A stretch of DNA of 28,335 bases from a virus (IMGVR_UViG_2737471849_000009); one strand, 5' to 3'. Shown: positions 15,578 through 25,060, counted from the first letter of the stretch. The notes: generated by a model from the sequence alone, not told the origin. Numbers and translations are program-made.

Positions 15578-15928
15578 ATGCCATCACAAATCCCTCGTGC
15601 ATGCCGTAAGCGAGGCTGTGCAGGCACAACGACGGACAGTTCGGGCTACTGCGATAAGCATCGCGGCGAAGGTTGGACACAACATCAACGCGGACTGAGC
15701 CGCCACCAGCGTGGCTATGGCTCGAAATGGGATGCCATACGTGCGCGCATACTGAAGCGTGATAATCATTTGTGTCAGAACTGCCTGCGCAATGGGAGAG
15801 CCGTTGAAGCCAGAACTGTGGACCACATCATTCCGAAAGCGCATGGCGGTACGGATGCAGACGGTAATCTGCAGAGCCTGTGCTGGCCATGCCACAAGGA
15901 GAAAACAGCGCGTGAACGCATCAACTGA
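15578..15928 (+). CDS. HNH endonuclease (terminase-associated type)
   Basis: 116 aa from ATG 15578 with GAGGAG Shine-Dalgarno; HNH motif DHIIPKAHGGTDADGNLQSLCWPCHKEKT; cysteine pairs CRKRGC and CQNC; directly upstream of terS. Confidence 0.8.
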   Translation: MPSQIPRACRKRGCAGTTTDSSGYCDKHRGEGWTQHQRGLSRHQRGYGSKWDAIRARILKRDNHLCQNCLRNGRAVEARTVDHIIPKAHGGTDADGNLQSLCWPCHKEKTARERIN

Positions 15929-16076
15929 TAATCGTTCTCATCTGTAAGGGAGGGGCGGGTCAAATCTCTGCAACCCTGGCTGCTCAGTACCGCCGCCTGA
16001 CCCTTCCTCACATCGCCGCAGGTTCGAAAACTTTTTTTTGGAAATGTGAACAAACGATTGATAGGTAAGACCGATT

Positions 16077-16559
16077 ATGTCAGGACCTCCGAAAACCCCG
16101 CCAGGCCTGCATTTGATACGAGGCAACCCCTCAAAGCGTCCCGTTAAAGACCACAAAAAAACCGCTAAAAAGGATGAAAAAGGTCTTCCTAAAATTCCGC
16201 AGCATTTAGGGGCTCAGGGGAAGTACTGGTTCAGGCGAATGGCGGAAGAGCTGAATGCGGAAGGGATCATTTCTCAGCTTGATGCACGTGCGCTCGAGTT
16301 GCTGGTGGAAGCCTACACCGAATATCGGCATCACTGCGAAACACTCGATGTTGAGGGGTATACTTACCGCACGGAAACGCAGAGCGGTGATGTACTGATT
16401 AAGGCGCACCCCGCGGCGGCAATGAAAGCGGATGCCTGGAAGCGGATCCGGGCAATGCTTGCAGAGTTTGGTATGTCACCGGCAAGCCGGGCTAAAGTAA
16501 ATATCGCCGGACCGGATGATGTTGATCCGCTGGCGGAGCTTTTAAAAGCGAGAGACTGA
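16077..16559 (+). CDS. Terminase small subunit (P27-family-like)
   Basis: 160 aa basic protein directly upstream of and overlapping the large terminase start (TGATGG); position and size. Confidence 0.7.
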   Translation: MSGPPKTPPGLHLIRGNPSKRPVKDHKKTAKKDEKGLPKIPQHLGAQGKYWFRRMAEELNAEGIISQLDARALELLVEAYTEYRHHCETLDVEGYTYRTETQSGDVLIKAHPAAAMKADAWKRIRAMLAEFGMSPASRAKVNIAGPDDVDPLAELLKARD

Positions 16560-18316
16560 TGGCAAAAGTGGCTGACGGGATCCGCTACGCCGAACGTGTT
16601 GTTGCAGGAGAAATTGTTGCTGGCGAATTTGTCCGCCTGGCCTGCCAGCGTTTTCTTGATGATCTGAAGTACGGCGAAGAGCGGGGGATTTATTTCAGTG
16701 AACCCCGTGCGCAGCACATCCTGAATTTCTACAAATTTGTGCCTCATGTAAAAGGGGCGCTGGCAGGCCAGCCCATTGAGTTGATGGACTGGCATGTATT
16801 TATCCTCATTAATATTTTTGGTTTTGTCATTCCGCTGGTCAATGAAGAGACCGGGGAAGTTGTCATGCGCAGCGATGGCAGCGGACGTCCGGTGATGGTG
16901 CGCCGGTTCCGGACGGCGTACAACGAAGTCGCCCGTAAAAACGCAAAATCAACTCTGTCATCGGGTATCGGCCTGTATATGACGGGGGCAGATGGTGAAG
17001 GCGGAGCTGAGGTGTATTCAGCCGCAACCACGCGTGACCAGGCCAGAATCGTGTTTGAAGACGCCAAAAATATGGTCAGAAAAGCCCGGTCGACACTCGG
17101 GCGGTTGTTTGATTTCAACAAGCTGGCGATTTACCAGGAGCAGAGCGCATCAAAATTTGAACCGCTTTCTTCGGATGCAAACAACCTGGATGGTCTGAAC
17201 ATTCACTGCGCCATTATTGATGAGCTGCATGCACATAAAACCCGTGACGTGTGGGACGTTCTGGAAACGGCAACCGGTGCTCGTCTGCAGTCCCTTTTAT
17301 TTGGTATCACCACGGCAGGGTTTAACAAGGAAGGGATTTGTTACGAGCAGCGTGATTACGCCATCAAGGTATTGCGTGGCTATAACAGCGACGTGGAGGG
17401 CGCGGTAAAAGACGACTCCTACTTTGCGATTATTTACACCCTCGATGAGGGAGATGATCCGTTTGATGAAACGGTCTGGCAGAAAGCGAATCCCGGCCTG
17501 GGCATCTGTAAACGCTGGGATGATCTGCGTCGCTTGGCGAAAAAAGCGAAAGAACAGGTCTCTGCACGGGTGAATTTTTTTACCAAACACATGAATGTGT
17601 GGGTAACAGCAGAGTCTGCCTGGATGGACATGATTAAGTGGGAGAAGTGCGAATACATTGCCCCACGACATGAGCTGAAAACGTATCCCATGTGGGTCGG
17701 CGTTGACCTTGCTCATAAGATTGATATCTGTGCGGCGGCAAAACTCTGGCGAACGGATAACGGGCATGTTCATGCCGATTTTAAATTCTGGCTTCCGGAA
17801 GGACGGCTGGAACGATGCTCGCGGCAGCAGGCAGAACTTTACCGGAAGTGGGCGGAGATGGATAAGCTGATTCTGACGGATGGTGATGTTATCGATCATG
17901 CTCAGATAAAAAGTGACTTACTGGAATGGATTGGTGGTGAAAACCTCAGGGAACTGGGATTTGACCCGTGGAGCGCGATGCAGTTCAGCCTGGCACTGGC
18001 TGAAGAAGGGATACCGCTGGTGGAGGTTCCGCAGACGGTTCGCAATCTGTCAGAGGCCATGAAGGAAACGGAATCACTGGTCTATGCCGGGCGTTTCCAT
18101 CACAGCAATCATCCGGTCATGAACTGGATGATGTCTAACGTTACGGTAAAACCGGACAAAAACGACAATATCTTCCCGAATAAATCCACGCTGGAAGCCA
18201 AAATCGACGGTCCTGTTGCGATGTTTACAGCAATGAGCCGGATGCTGGTCAATGGCGGTGAACCGGAGCCGGATCTGTCTGAGCATCTGGTCAGCGTTGG
18301 TATCCGCTCGCTTTAA
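16559..18316 (+). CDS. Terminase large subunit
   Basis: 585 aa; N-terminal ATPase region and C-terminal nuclease-like region with conserved acidic residues ([15 protein letters not shown]); downstream of HNH and TerS. Confidence 0.9.
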   Translation: MAKVADGIRYAERVVAGEIVAGEFVRLACQRFLDDLKYGEERGIYFSEPRAQHILNFYKFVPHVKGALAGQPIELMDWHVFILINIFGFVIPLVNEETGEVVMRSDGSGRPVMVRRFRTAYNEVARKNAKSTLSSGIGLYMTGADGEGGAEVYSAATTRDQARIVFEDAKNMVRKARSTLGRLFDFNKLAIYQEQSASKFEPLSSDANNLDGLNIHCAIIDELHAHKTRDVWDVLETATGARLQSLLFGITTAGFNKEGICYEQRDYAIKVLRGYNSDVEGAVKDDSYFAIIYTLDEGDDPFDETVWQKANPGLGICKRWDDLRRLAKKAKEQVSARVNFFTKHMNVWVTAESAWMDMIKWEKCEYIAPRHELKTYPMWVGVDLAHKIDICAAAKLWRTDNGHVHADFKFWLPEGRLERCSRQQAELYRKWAEMDKLILTDGDVIDHAQIKSDLLEWIGGENLRELGFDPWSAMQFSLALAEEGIPLVEVPQTVRNLSEAMKETESLVYAGRFHHSNHPVMNWMMSNVTVKPDKNDNIFPNKSTLEAKIDGPVAMFTAMSRMLVNGGEPEPDLSEHLVSVGIRSL

Positions 18317-18327
18317 CCGAGGTCATT

Positions 18328-18510
18328 ATGTTTCTGATAATTCTCACGCCACTGGTGGGCGTGCTGGGGGCGCTTTTGCTGTCGTATGGCACATGGCTGA
18401 TTTATCCCCCGGCAGGTTTTGTTGTTGCCGGGGGGCTGTGCCTGTGCTGGTCGTGGCTGGTTGCGCGTTATCTCGATCGTGGTCACCGGGTCGCCTCCGG
18501 AGGTGAGTAA
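18328..18510 (+). CDS. Small membrane protein (60 aa, two predicted TM helices)
   Basis: GAGGT Shine-Dalgarno 6 nt upstream of the ATG; stop overlaps the next start (TAATG); occupies the position where a portal gene is expected. Confidence 0.3.
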   Translation: MFLIILTPLVGVLGALLLSYGTWLIYPPAGFVVAGGLCLCWSWLVARYLDRGHRVASGGE

Positions 18511-18737
18511 TGTTTTTCCAGGGGCTTTTTCAACGTAAAAATAATACCCCCGTCACAACGCCCGGGATGCTTGCGGAAGAACTTGGGTTGTCATACGACA
18601 CCTATACCGGACTGCAACCTGTATTTTCAGAGGATGATCGTGAACAGGTGATTGCCGTGTATGGCCCGGTGCATGCGCGGCTTCTTCGGCAGTCTCTGGA
18701 ACTGATCAGTGATGCCGGCGAGGTTAAAAAAAAGTAG
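18510..18737 (+). CDS. Tail assembly chaperone G-like (short; possibly truncated)
   Basis: 75-aa ORF ending in the slippery run GTT AAA AAA AAG TAG, directly upstream of a T-domain ORF in the -1 frame. Confidence 0.5.
   Translation: MFFQGLFQRKNNTPVTTPGMLAEELGLSYDTYTGLQPVFSEDDREQVIAVYGPVHARLLRQSLELISDAGEVKKK
18728..18734 (+). other. Candidate -1 programmed ribosomal frameshift heptamer A_AAA_AAG
   Basis: X_XXY_YYZ heptamer in the G frame 1 codon before the stop; the -1 frame opens at 18728 and is continuous with ORF 18749..19039. Confidence 0.55.
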
Positions 18738-18748
18738 CGCTTCCGGGG

Positions 18749-19039
18749 ATGCGTTTTCTGATGATGCTGGCACTCAGGATGGGGCGCACATTGTCAGAGT
18801 TACGCCGGGAAATGTCCGCATCAGAAATCATGATGTGGGCAGAATTTGACAGGTTCAGCCCGCTGGGGGACGAACGGGCTGATATCCGGGCTGCCCAGAT
18901 TGTTTCAGCTGTTTACGGTGCGCAGGGTGTCAAAGTACCACTGAATGATGCGCTTCTTCAGTGGGAGCATGAATCAGAAGAAAATAAATGCGATGATCCA
19001 TTTATTGGATTAGAGGTTGCTCTAATGTCTTCACTATAA
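18749..19039 (+). CDS. Tail assembly chaperone T domain (expected as a G-T fusion via -1 frameshift)
   Basis: 96-aa ORF (MRFLMMLALRMGRTLSELRREMSASEIMMWAEFDRFSPLGDERADIRAAQIVSAVYGAQGVKVPL) resembling recalled minor tail protein T sequences; frame is -1 relative to G. Confidence 0.6.
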   Translation: MRFLMMLALRMGRTLSELRREMSASEIMMWAEFDRFSPLGDERADIRAAQIVSAVYGAQGVKVPLNDALLQWEHESEENKCDDPFIGLEVALMSSL

Positions 19040-19097
19040 GATAATTTTTTAATCGTTTTGAAATTGAATGCTTTACTCAAAGTCAGGAGGATTAATC

Positions 19098-19439
19098 ATG
19101 AGAAAATCAGTGGTGACATTAGCTTGTTTGTTTTTTATTAGTGCATGTAAGCCATCAGATAATTATGTTATTTCTTTAGGGGAAAACTTAGTTAAAGATA
19201 AGCTTATTGATCCTGATAGTGCAAAATTTAATTCTTTTTTTCATAAGTCAGGTGATTTATATGGTTATGTTTGTGGTGATGTTAATTCAAAAAACACGTT
19301 TGGTGGATATACAGGGAAAAAGCCATATTTTGTTTATTTGGAAGTTGTGGATGGAAAAGTTAAGAGTCATGGGACTGTAACAATTGTTAATGATCATGAT
19401 CCAAGCAGTATGGAAAAATATAAGTTGTTTTGCCAATAA
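19098..19439 (+). CDS. AT-rich moron lipoprotein (113 aa)
   Basis: ATG 19098 with AGGAGG Shine-Dalgarno; signal peptide with lipobox ISAC; markedly AT-rich codons compared with flanking tail genes; own terminator downstream. Confidence 0.6.
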   Translation: MRKSVVTLACLFFISACKPSDNYVISLGENLVKDKLIDPDSAKFNSFFHKSGDLYGYVCGDVNSKNTFGGYTGKKPYFVYLEVVDGKVKSHGTVTIVNDHDPSSMEKYKLFCQ

Positions 19440-19449
19440 TTATCATCTT

Positions 19450-19475
19450 AAAAAACCGCAGAAGCGGTTTTTTTA
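19450..19475 (+). terminator. Intrinsic terminator after the moron lipoprotein gene (bidirectional shape)
   Basis: A5-CCGC-agaa-GCGG-T7 hairpin 11 nt after the lipoprotein stop and 14 nt before the tape measure start. Confidence 0.55.
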
Positions 19476-19488
19476 TGGGGTAAAGTAA

Positions 19489-22400
19489 ATGGCGACATTA
19501 CGTGAGCTGATTATTAAAATCTCGGCAAATTCCCGGTCATTCCAGTCAGAGATCTCCCGGGCTTCGCGTATGGGGCAGGATTACTACCGTACCATGCAGA
19601 ACGGAGGCCGGCAGTCCGCTGCTGCATCCCGTGAAATGCGGCGTGCACTGGCAGAAGTGACGGATCAGATAAATACAGCTAAATCTTCGGCACTGAATAT
19701 GGCGGGGGCATTTGCCGGGGCTTTTGCTACCGGTCATCTTATTTCTCTCGCCGATGAGTGGAATTCAGTAAATGCCCGTCTGAAGCAGGCCTCACAGTCC
19801 ACTGATGATTTTCAGGTATCACAACGTGAATTAATGGCAATCAGCCAGAGAACGGGAACGGCGTTTTCTGATAACGCCAGCCTTTTTGCCCGCTCTGCAG
19901 CTTCCATGCGGGAGTATGGCTACAGTTCTGAGGAGGTACTGAAAGTCACCGAGGCTATCTCCACGGGCCTGAAATTATCCGGTGCCAGTGCAGCAGAAGC
20001 CAGTTCGGTGATCACGCAGTTCAGTCAGGCACTGGCGCAGGGAGTGCTGCGCGGTGAAGAATTTAACTCTGTGAATGAGAACGGCGATCGTGTTATTCGT
20101 GCGCTGGCTGCGGGAATGGGTGTTGCCCGTAAGGATCTGAAGGCCATGGCGGATAACGGAAAGTTGACCGCCGATAAGGTTGTTCCTGCACTGATTAGTC
20201 AGCTTGGGGCGTTGCGTGATGAATATGCAGCAATGCCTGATACGGTTTCATCCTCTGCAACCAAAGTTGAAAACGCCTTTATGGCCTGGGTTGGTGGTGC
20301 GAACGAAGCAAGCGGAGTGACGAAGACGCTCTCCGGTGTGCTGAATGGTATTGCAGGCAATATTGACACTGTGGCAACCGCTGCCGGTGCTCTGGTTGCC
20401 GTCGGGGTAGCCCGATATTTTGGCAATATGGCATCTTCTGCTGGATCTGCAACTGCCGGATTAATTACTGCAGCCAGAAACGAAGTAGCTCTTGCGGAAG
20501 CGCAGCTCCGGGGGACGCAGATAGCAACCGCCAGGGCGCGTGCGGCGGTTTATCGTGCGCAACAGGCGGTCGCGGCTACCCGTGGTACTGAAAGACAGGC
20601 AGCCGCAGAAGCGAAACTGGCTGCTGCCCAGGCATCACTTACCCGTAATATTGCGGCCAGAACAGCAGCACAGACAACGCTGAATACTGTCACGTCAGTG
20701 GGGAGTCGTTTATTAAGTGGTGCGCTGGGGCTGGTTGGTGGTGTGCCGGGACTCGTCATGCTGGGGGCGACGGCCTGGTACACGATGTATCAGAATCAGG
20801 AGCAGGCCAGAGAATCTGCACGCCAGTATGCCGCAACAATCGACGAAATTCGCCAGAAAACGTCGGCAATGTCGCTTCCTGAAGCGTCAGATAATGAGGA
20901 AAAGACGCGGCAGGCACTGGAGGAACAAAATCGCCTGATTAACGAACAGGAAGGAAAAATTCGCGGACTGAAAAATCAAATTGCTGATTATCAACGTTGG
21001 CTTGATGAAAGTTCGCAGAGTGGTTCTGGTGCTGAAATCATCCTTAAAGGGCTTGCAGAAGCAACAAATCAACTGGCAGTTGAACAGTCCCGTCTCACAC
21101 AAATGCAGGGCAAAGCGCAATCCATTCAGGATGTGCTTGCCGGGCTGGAGGAGCGACGAGTGGCGTTGATCCGTCAACAGGCAGCGGAACAAAACAAAGC
21201 GTATCAGTCCCTGTTGATCATGAATGGGAAGCATACCGAGTTTAATCGCCTTCTCGGGCTTGGTAATGAATTACTTCAGCAGCGACAGGGGCTGGTGAAT
21301 GTACCGTTACGGCTACCACAGGCAACTCTGGATGATAAACAGCAGACCGCACTGAATAACAGCAAGCGCGAACTGGCTCTGTCCCGCCTTAAGGGGGAAG
21401 CGCGTGAGCGTGCCCGACTGGGCTATGCTGCGGATGATCTCGGCTTTGTGGGAGAGGCGTATCGGACAGCCAGACAGAATTATATCAATAACTCACTGGA
21501 TGCCTGGCGAAATAACCAGGCAAATAAACCCAAAGCGCATAAAAAGACCGAAGCGGAAAAAACAGAAGATATTTATAAACGGCTGATTAAACAGCAAAAA
21601 GAACAGATAGCACTGGCAGGGCAGAATACTGAACTGGCTAAGATGAAATATCAGGTCAGTCAGGGCGAATTATCAACCCTGTCAGAAGCGCAGAAAAAAA
21701 CGCTTTTGCAGAATGCAGCACTCATCGACCAGAAAAAGATTCGTGAGCAGCTTGCCGCGTATGAAAGCAGTCTGGCGGACAGTAATGCCAGTGCCCGGGC
21801 ATCTGACGACGCGCAGTTGCTGGGATATGGTGAAGGCTCACGGATGCGTGAACGACTCCAGGAAATGTGGAGTATCCGGCATGAGTTTGAGCAGAAAAAT
21901 AACGAGCTGCTGAGACAGTATCAGGCCGGAGAAATTGAAGAAGCCCTGTGGAAACAGGAGAAAGAACTGAATAAAAAATATCTGGAAGAGCGTCTCAGCG
22001 ATCAGCAGGATTATTATGCAAAGGCCGATGCTTTACGTAATAACTGGAATGCCGGACTCCAGGAGGGACTGACCAACTGGGCAGACAGTGCCACCGATTA
22101 TGCTTCACAGGCGGCAGATGCTGTTGTTTCCACGATGGACGGGCTGGTATCAAATATTTCCGATGCACTGGCCGGGAATGTTGTGGAGTGGAGGAACTGG
22201 GGGAGTTCAGTTCTCCGGGAAGTTTCAAAAATTCTGATGAATGCGGCCATTGTTAACGGACTGAAGTCACTCTCCGGTGCCGGAGGGTGGCTTGGTACGG
22301 TCGGCGGATGGATTTCGGGGGCGGTGGCAAACGCAAAAGGTGGTGTTTACACATCGGCAAATCTGAGTGCTTACAGTAACACTATTGTGGATACACCGAC

Positions 22401-22689
22401 GTATTTTGCTTTTGCGAAAGGTGCCGGGCTGATGGGCGAGGCCGGGCCTGAAGCTATCATGCCACTGACACGGGCAGCGGACGGCTCTCTTGGGGTCAGA
22501 GCCATTGGCAATGTGAATGGTGGCGGTGGATTTGTTTATTCTCCCGTGTATCACATTAGCATTCAGAATCAAGGGAGCAATGGCGAGATAGATACGCGCT
22601 CAGCCAGGGGACTGGTGGATCTGATCGACAGCAGGGTTGTGTCAATTATGCAGTCATCGCGTCGGGATGGAGGATTATACAGTGCCTGA
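19489..22689 (+). CDS. H: Tail tape measure protein
   Basis: 1066 aa, Ala/Gln-rich coiled-coil protein; C-terminal segments (NWADSATDYASQAADAV ... RRDGGLYSA) parallel lambda gpH; followed by M, L, K, I, J. Confidence 0.9.
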   Translation: MATLRELIIKISANSRSFQSEISRASRMGQDYYRTMQNGGRQSAAASREMRRALAEVTDQINTAKSSALNMAGAFAGAFATGHLISLADEWNSVNARLKQASQSTDDFQVSQRELMAISQRTGTAFSDNASLFARSAASMREYGYSSEEVLKVTEAISTGLKLSGASAAEASSVITQFSQALAQGVLRGEEFNSVNENGDRVIRALAAGMGVARKDLKAMADNGKLTADKVVPALISQLGALRDEYAAMPDTVSSSATKVENAFMAWVGGANEASGVTKTLSGVLNGIAGNIDTVATAAGALVAVGVARYFGNMASSAGSATAGLITAARNEVALAEAQLRGTQIATARARAAVYRAQQAVAATRGTERQAAAEAKLAAAQASLTRNIAARTAAQTTLNTVTSVGSRLLSGALGLVGGVPGLVMLGATAWYTMYQNQEQARESARQYAATIDEIRQKTSAMSLPEASDNEEKTRQALEEQNRLINEQEGKIRGLKNQIADYQRWLDESSQSGSGAEIILKGLAEATNQLAVEQSRLTQMQGKAQSIQDVLAGLEERRVALIRQQAAEQNKAYQSLLIMNGKHTEFNRLLGLGNELLQQRQGLVNVPLRLPQATLDDKQQTALNNSKRELALSRLKGEARERARLGYAADDLGFVGEAYRTARQNYINNSLDAWRNNQANKPKAHKKTEAEKTEDIYKRLIKQQKEQIALAGQNTELAKMKYQVSQGELSTLSEAQKKTLLQNAALIDQKKIREQLAAYESSLADSNASARASDDAQLLGYGEGSRMRERLQEMWSIRHEFEQKNNELLRQYQAGEIEEALWKQEKELNKKYLEERLSDQQDYYAKADALRNNWNAGLQEGLTNWADSATDYASQAADAVVSTMDGLVSNISDALAGNVVEWRNWGSSVLREVSKILMNAAIVNGLKSLSGAGGWLGTVGGWISGAVANAKGGVYTSANLSAYSNTIVDTPTYFAFAKGAGLMGEAGPEAIMPLTRAADGSLGVRAIGNVNGGGGFVYSPVYHISIQNQGSNGEIDTRSARGLVDLIDSRVVSIMQSSRRDGGLYSA

Positions 22690-23023
22690 GCCTGAAGTTT
22701 TTAACTGGATCCCCCGTGAGGGGATGGAGACGACACGAAAGCCATCAGTTATTACGGTAAAGTTTGGTGACGGATATGAACAGCGACGGGCTGGTGGGCT
22801 GAATGCGGATCTGAAAACGTTTAAACCGGTATTTCGTGTCACAGATGAATACTCCCGTGCCGCGCTGGACAGTTTTTTATCCCGTCATGCCGGGATTCGT
22901 GCTTTTTTGTGGCGCCCGCCAAAACACAACAGGACTGTCCGGGTTGTCTGCAGGGAGTGGAGCATTTCGGATAATGCCATGTATACCGATTTTAACTGTA
23001 CCTTTGAAGAGGTCACTCACTGA
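22667..23023 (+). CDS. M: Minor tail protein M
   Basis: 118 aa from ATG 22667 (overlaps the end of H); KFGDGYEQRRAGGLNADLKTFKPVF matches lambda gpM RFGDGYSQRAPAGLNANLKTY. Confidence 0.8.
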   Translation: MEDYTVPEPEVFNWIPREGMETTRKPSVITVKFGDGYEQRRAGGLNADLKTFKPVFRVTDEYSRAALDSFLSRHAGIRAFLWRPPKHNRTVRVVCREWSISDNAMYTDFNCTFEEVTH

Positions 23024-23721
23024 TGCAGGATATACAGCAGGAAACACTCAATGAGTGCACTAAAACGGAGCAATCCGCGCTGGTCGTGCTCTGGGAAATT
23101 GATCTGACAGAGGTCGGCGGAGATCGTTACTTTTTCTGCAATGAGCAGAACGAAAAAGGTGAACCAGTCACCTGGCAGGGGCGGCAGTATCAGGCCTATC
23201 CCATTCAGGGAAGTGGATTTGAGATGAACGGCAAAGGAGCCAGTGCAAGGCCAACGCTGAAAGTCTCTAATCTGCACGGCATGGTCACCGGGATGGCGGA
23301 AGACCTGCAGAGTCTGGTCGGCGGAACGGTGGTCCGGCGTAAGGTTTACGCCCGTTTTCTGGATGCGGTGAACTTCGTCAACGGAAACAGTGACGCCGAT
23401 CCGGAGCAGGAGGTGATCAGCCGCTGGCGCATCGAGCAGTGCAGCGAACTGAGCGCGGTGAGTGCCTCCTTTGTACTGTCCACGCCGACGGAAACGGATG
23501 GCGCTGTTTTTCCGGGGCGTATCATGCTGGCCAACACCTGCACCTGGACCTATCGCGGTGATGAGTGCGGTTATCACGGTCCGGCAGTCGCGGATGAATA
23601 TGACCAGCTGACGTCCGATACCACGAAAGATAAATGCAGCAAATGCCTGAGTGGCTGTAAGTTTCGCAATAACGTCGGCAACTTTGGCGGCTTCCTTTCC
23701 ATTAACAAACTTTCGCAGTAA
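23023..23721 (+). CDS. L: Minor tail protein L
   Basis: 232 aa, near-identical by recall to lambda gpL over its whole length (MQDIQQETLNECTKTEQSALVVLWEIDLTEVGG ... CSKCLSGCKFRNNVGNFGGFLSINKLSQ). Confidence 0.9.
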   Translation: MQDIQQETLNECTKTEQSALVVLWEIDLTEVGGDRYFFCNEQNEKGEPVTWQGRQYQAYPIQGSGFEMNGKGASARPTLKVSNLHGMVTGMAEDLQSLVGGTVVRRKVYARFLDAVNFVNGNSDADPEQEVISRWRIEQCSELSAVSASFVLSTPTETDGAVFPGRIMLANTCTWTYRGDECGYHGPAVADEYDQLTSDTTKDKCSKCLSGCKFRNNVGNFGGFLSINKLSQ

Positions 23722-23725
23722 ACCC

Positions 23726-24469
23726 ATGACAGAAACAGAATCAGCGATTCTGGCGCACGCCCGGCGATGTGCGCCAGCGGAGTCGTGCGGCTTCGTGGTG
23801 AGAGCGCCGGAGGGGGAAAGATATTTTCCCTGCATGAATATTTCCGGTGAGCCGGAGGGTTATTTCCGGATGTCGCCGGAAGACTGGCTGCAGGCAGAAA
23901 TGCAGGGTGAGATTGTGGCGCTGGTCCACAGCCACCCCGGTGGTCTGCCCTGGCTGAGTGAGGCCGACCGGCGGCTGCAGGTGCAGAGTGATTTGCCGTG
24001 GTGGCTGGTCTGCCTGGGCGTGATTCACAAGTTCCGCTGTGTGCCGTATCTCACCGGGCGGCGCTTTGAGCACGGAGTGACGGACTGTTACACGCTGTTC
24101 CGGGACGCTTACCATCTGGCGGGAATTGAGATGCCGGATTTTCACCGCGAGGATGACTGGTGGCGTCACGGTCAGAATCTCTATCTTGACAATATGGAGG
24201 CAACGGGTTTTTACCGTGTCGCACTGACAGAGGCGCAGCCGGGCGACGTGCTGCTGTGCAGCTTTGGTTCATCGGTGCCGAATCATGCTGCCATTTACTG
24301 CGGCGACGGCGAGCTGCTGCACCATATTCCTGAACAACTGAGTAAACGAGAGAGGTACACCGACAAATGGCAGCGACGCACACACTCCCTCTGGCGTCAC
24401 CGGGCATGGCACGCATCTGCCTTTACGGGGATTTGCAACGATTTGGCCGCCGCATTGACCTTCGTGTGA
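23726..24469 (+). CDS. K: Tail assembly protein K (JAB/MPN plus NlpC/P60-like)
   Basis: 247 aa from ATG 23726; MTETESAILAHARRCAPAESCGFVV ... HSHPGG (JAMM-like) ... NHAAIYCGDGELLHHI closely parallels lambda gpK. Confidence 0.85.
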   Translation: MTETESAILAHARRCAPAESCGFVVRAPEGERYFPCMNISGEPEGYFRMSPEDWLQAEMQGEIVALVHSHPGGLPWLSEADRRLQVQSDLPWWLVCLGVIHKFRCVPYLTGRRFEHGVTDCYTLFRDAYHLAGIEMPDFHREDDWWRHGQNLYLDNMEATGFYRVALTEAQPGDVLLCSFGSSVPNHAAIYCGDGELLHHIPEQLSKRERYTDKWQRRTHSLWRHRAWHASAFTGICNDLAAALTFV

Positions 24470-25014
24470 AAACGGGGGCTGAAGCCATCCGGGCGCTGGC
24501 CACACAGCTCCCGGCGTTTCGTCAGAAACTGAGCGATGGCTGGTATCAGATACGGATTGCCGGGCGTGATACAGGTGAAAACGAATTATCAGCCCGTCTG
24601 AATGAGCCGCTGGAAAATGGTGCCGTGATCCACATCGTACCGCGTCTGGCGGGTGCTAAAAGTGGCGGTATTTTTCAGGCAGTGCTGGGGGCGGCGCTGA
24701 TTGCGGTTGCATGGTGGAACCCTGTGGGCTGGCTGGGGGCCGCGGCTGTATCGGGTATGTATGCGGCAGGGGCCAGTATGATCCTGGGCGGTGTGGCGCA
24801 GATGCTGGCCCCCAAACCCAGAACCCCCCGAACACAGACAACGGATAACGGTAAGCAGAACACCTATTTCTCCTCACTGGATAACATGGTTGCCCAGGGC
24901 AATGTTCTGCCTGTTCTGTACGGTGAAATGCGCGTGGGGTCACGCGTGGTTTCTCAGGAGATCAGCACGGCAGACGAAGGGGACGGTGGTCAGGTTGTGG
25001 TGATTGGTCGCTGA
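24367..25014 (+). CDS. I: Tail assembly protein I
   Basis: 215 aa; N- and C-terminal regions (MAATHTLPLASPGMARICLYGDLQRFGRRIDLRVKTGAEAIRALATQLPAFRQKLSDGWYQ ... KQNTYFSSLDNMVAQGNVLPVLYGEMRVGSRVVSQEISTADEGDGGQVVVIGR) match lambda gpI. Confidence 0.85.
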   Translation: MAATHTLPLASPGMARICLYGDLQRFGRRIDLRVKTGAEAIRALATQLPAFRQKLSDGWYQIRIAGRDTGENELSARLNEPLENGAVIHIVPRLAGAKSGGIFQAVLGAALIAVAWWNPVGWLGAAAVSGMYAAGASMILGGVAQMLAPKPRTPRTQTTDNGKQNTYFSSLDNMVAQGNVLPVLYGEMRVGSRVVSQEISTADEGDGGQVVVIGR

Positions 25015-25033
25015 TGCAAAATGTTTTATGTGA

Positions 25034-25060
25034 AACCGCCTCAGGGCGGTTTTGTCGTTT
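25034..25060 (+). terminator. Hairpin with short T-tract between I and J (possible attenuator)
   Basis: AACCGCC-tcag-GGCGGTT followed by TTTTG; sits between the I stop and the J start. Confidence 0.35.

Noticed and set aside
13032-15600. Endolysin between Q and the terminase genes
   Set aside because: No ORF with lysozyme, transglycosylase or amidase-like features was found; the region instead holds the ORF6N gene, the AraC regulator and small membrane proteins.
17297-17899. 200-aa minus-strand ORF
   Set aside because: Antisense to the large terminase gene, which has clear conserved motifs in the plus frame.
19546-22572. Several 60-115-aa ORFs on both strands
   Set aside because: All nested within the tape measure gene, whose plus-frame product is continuous and lambda gpH-like.
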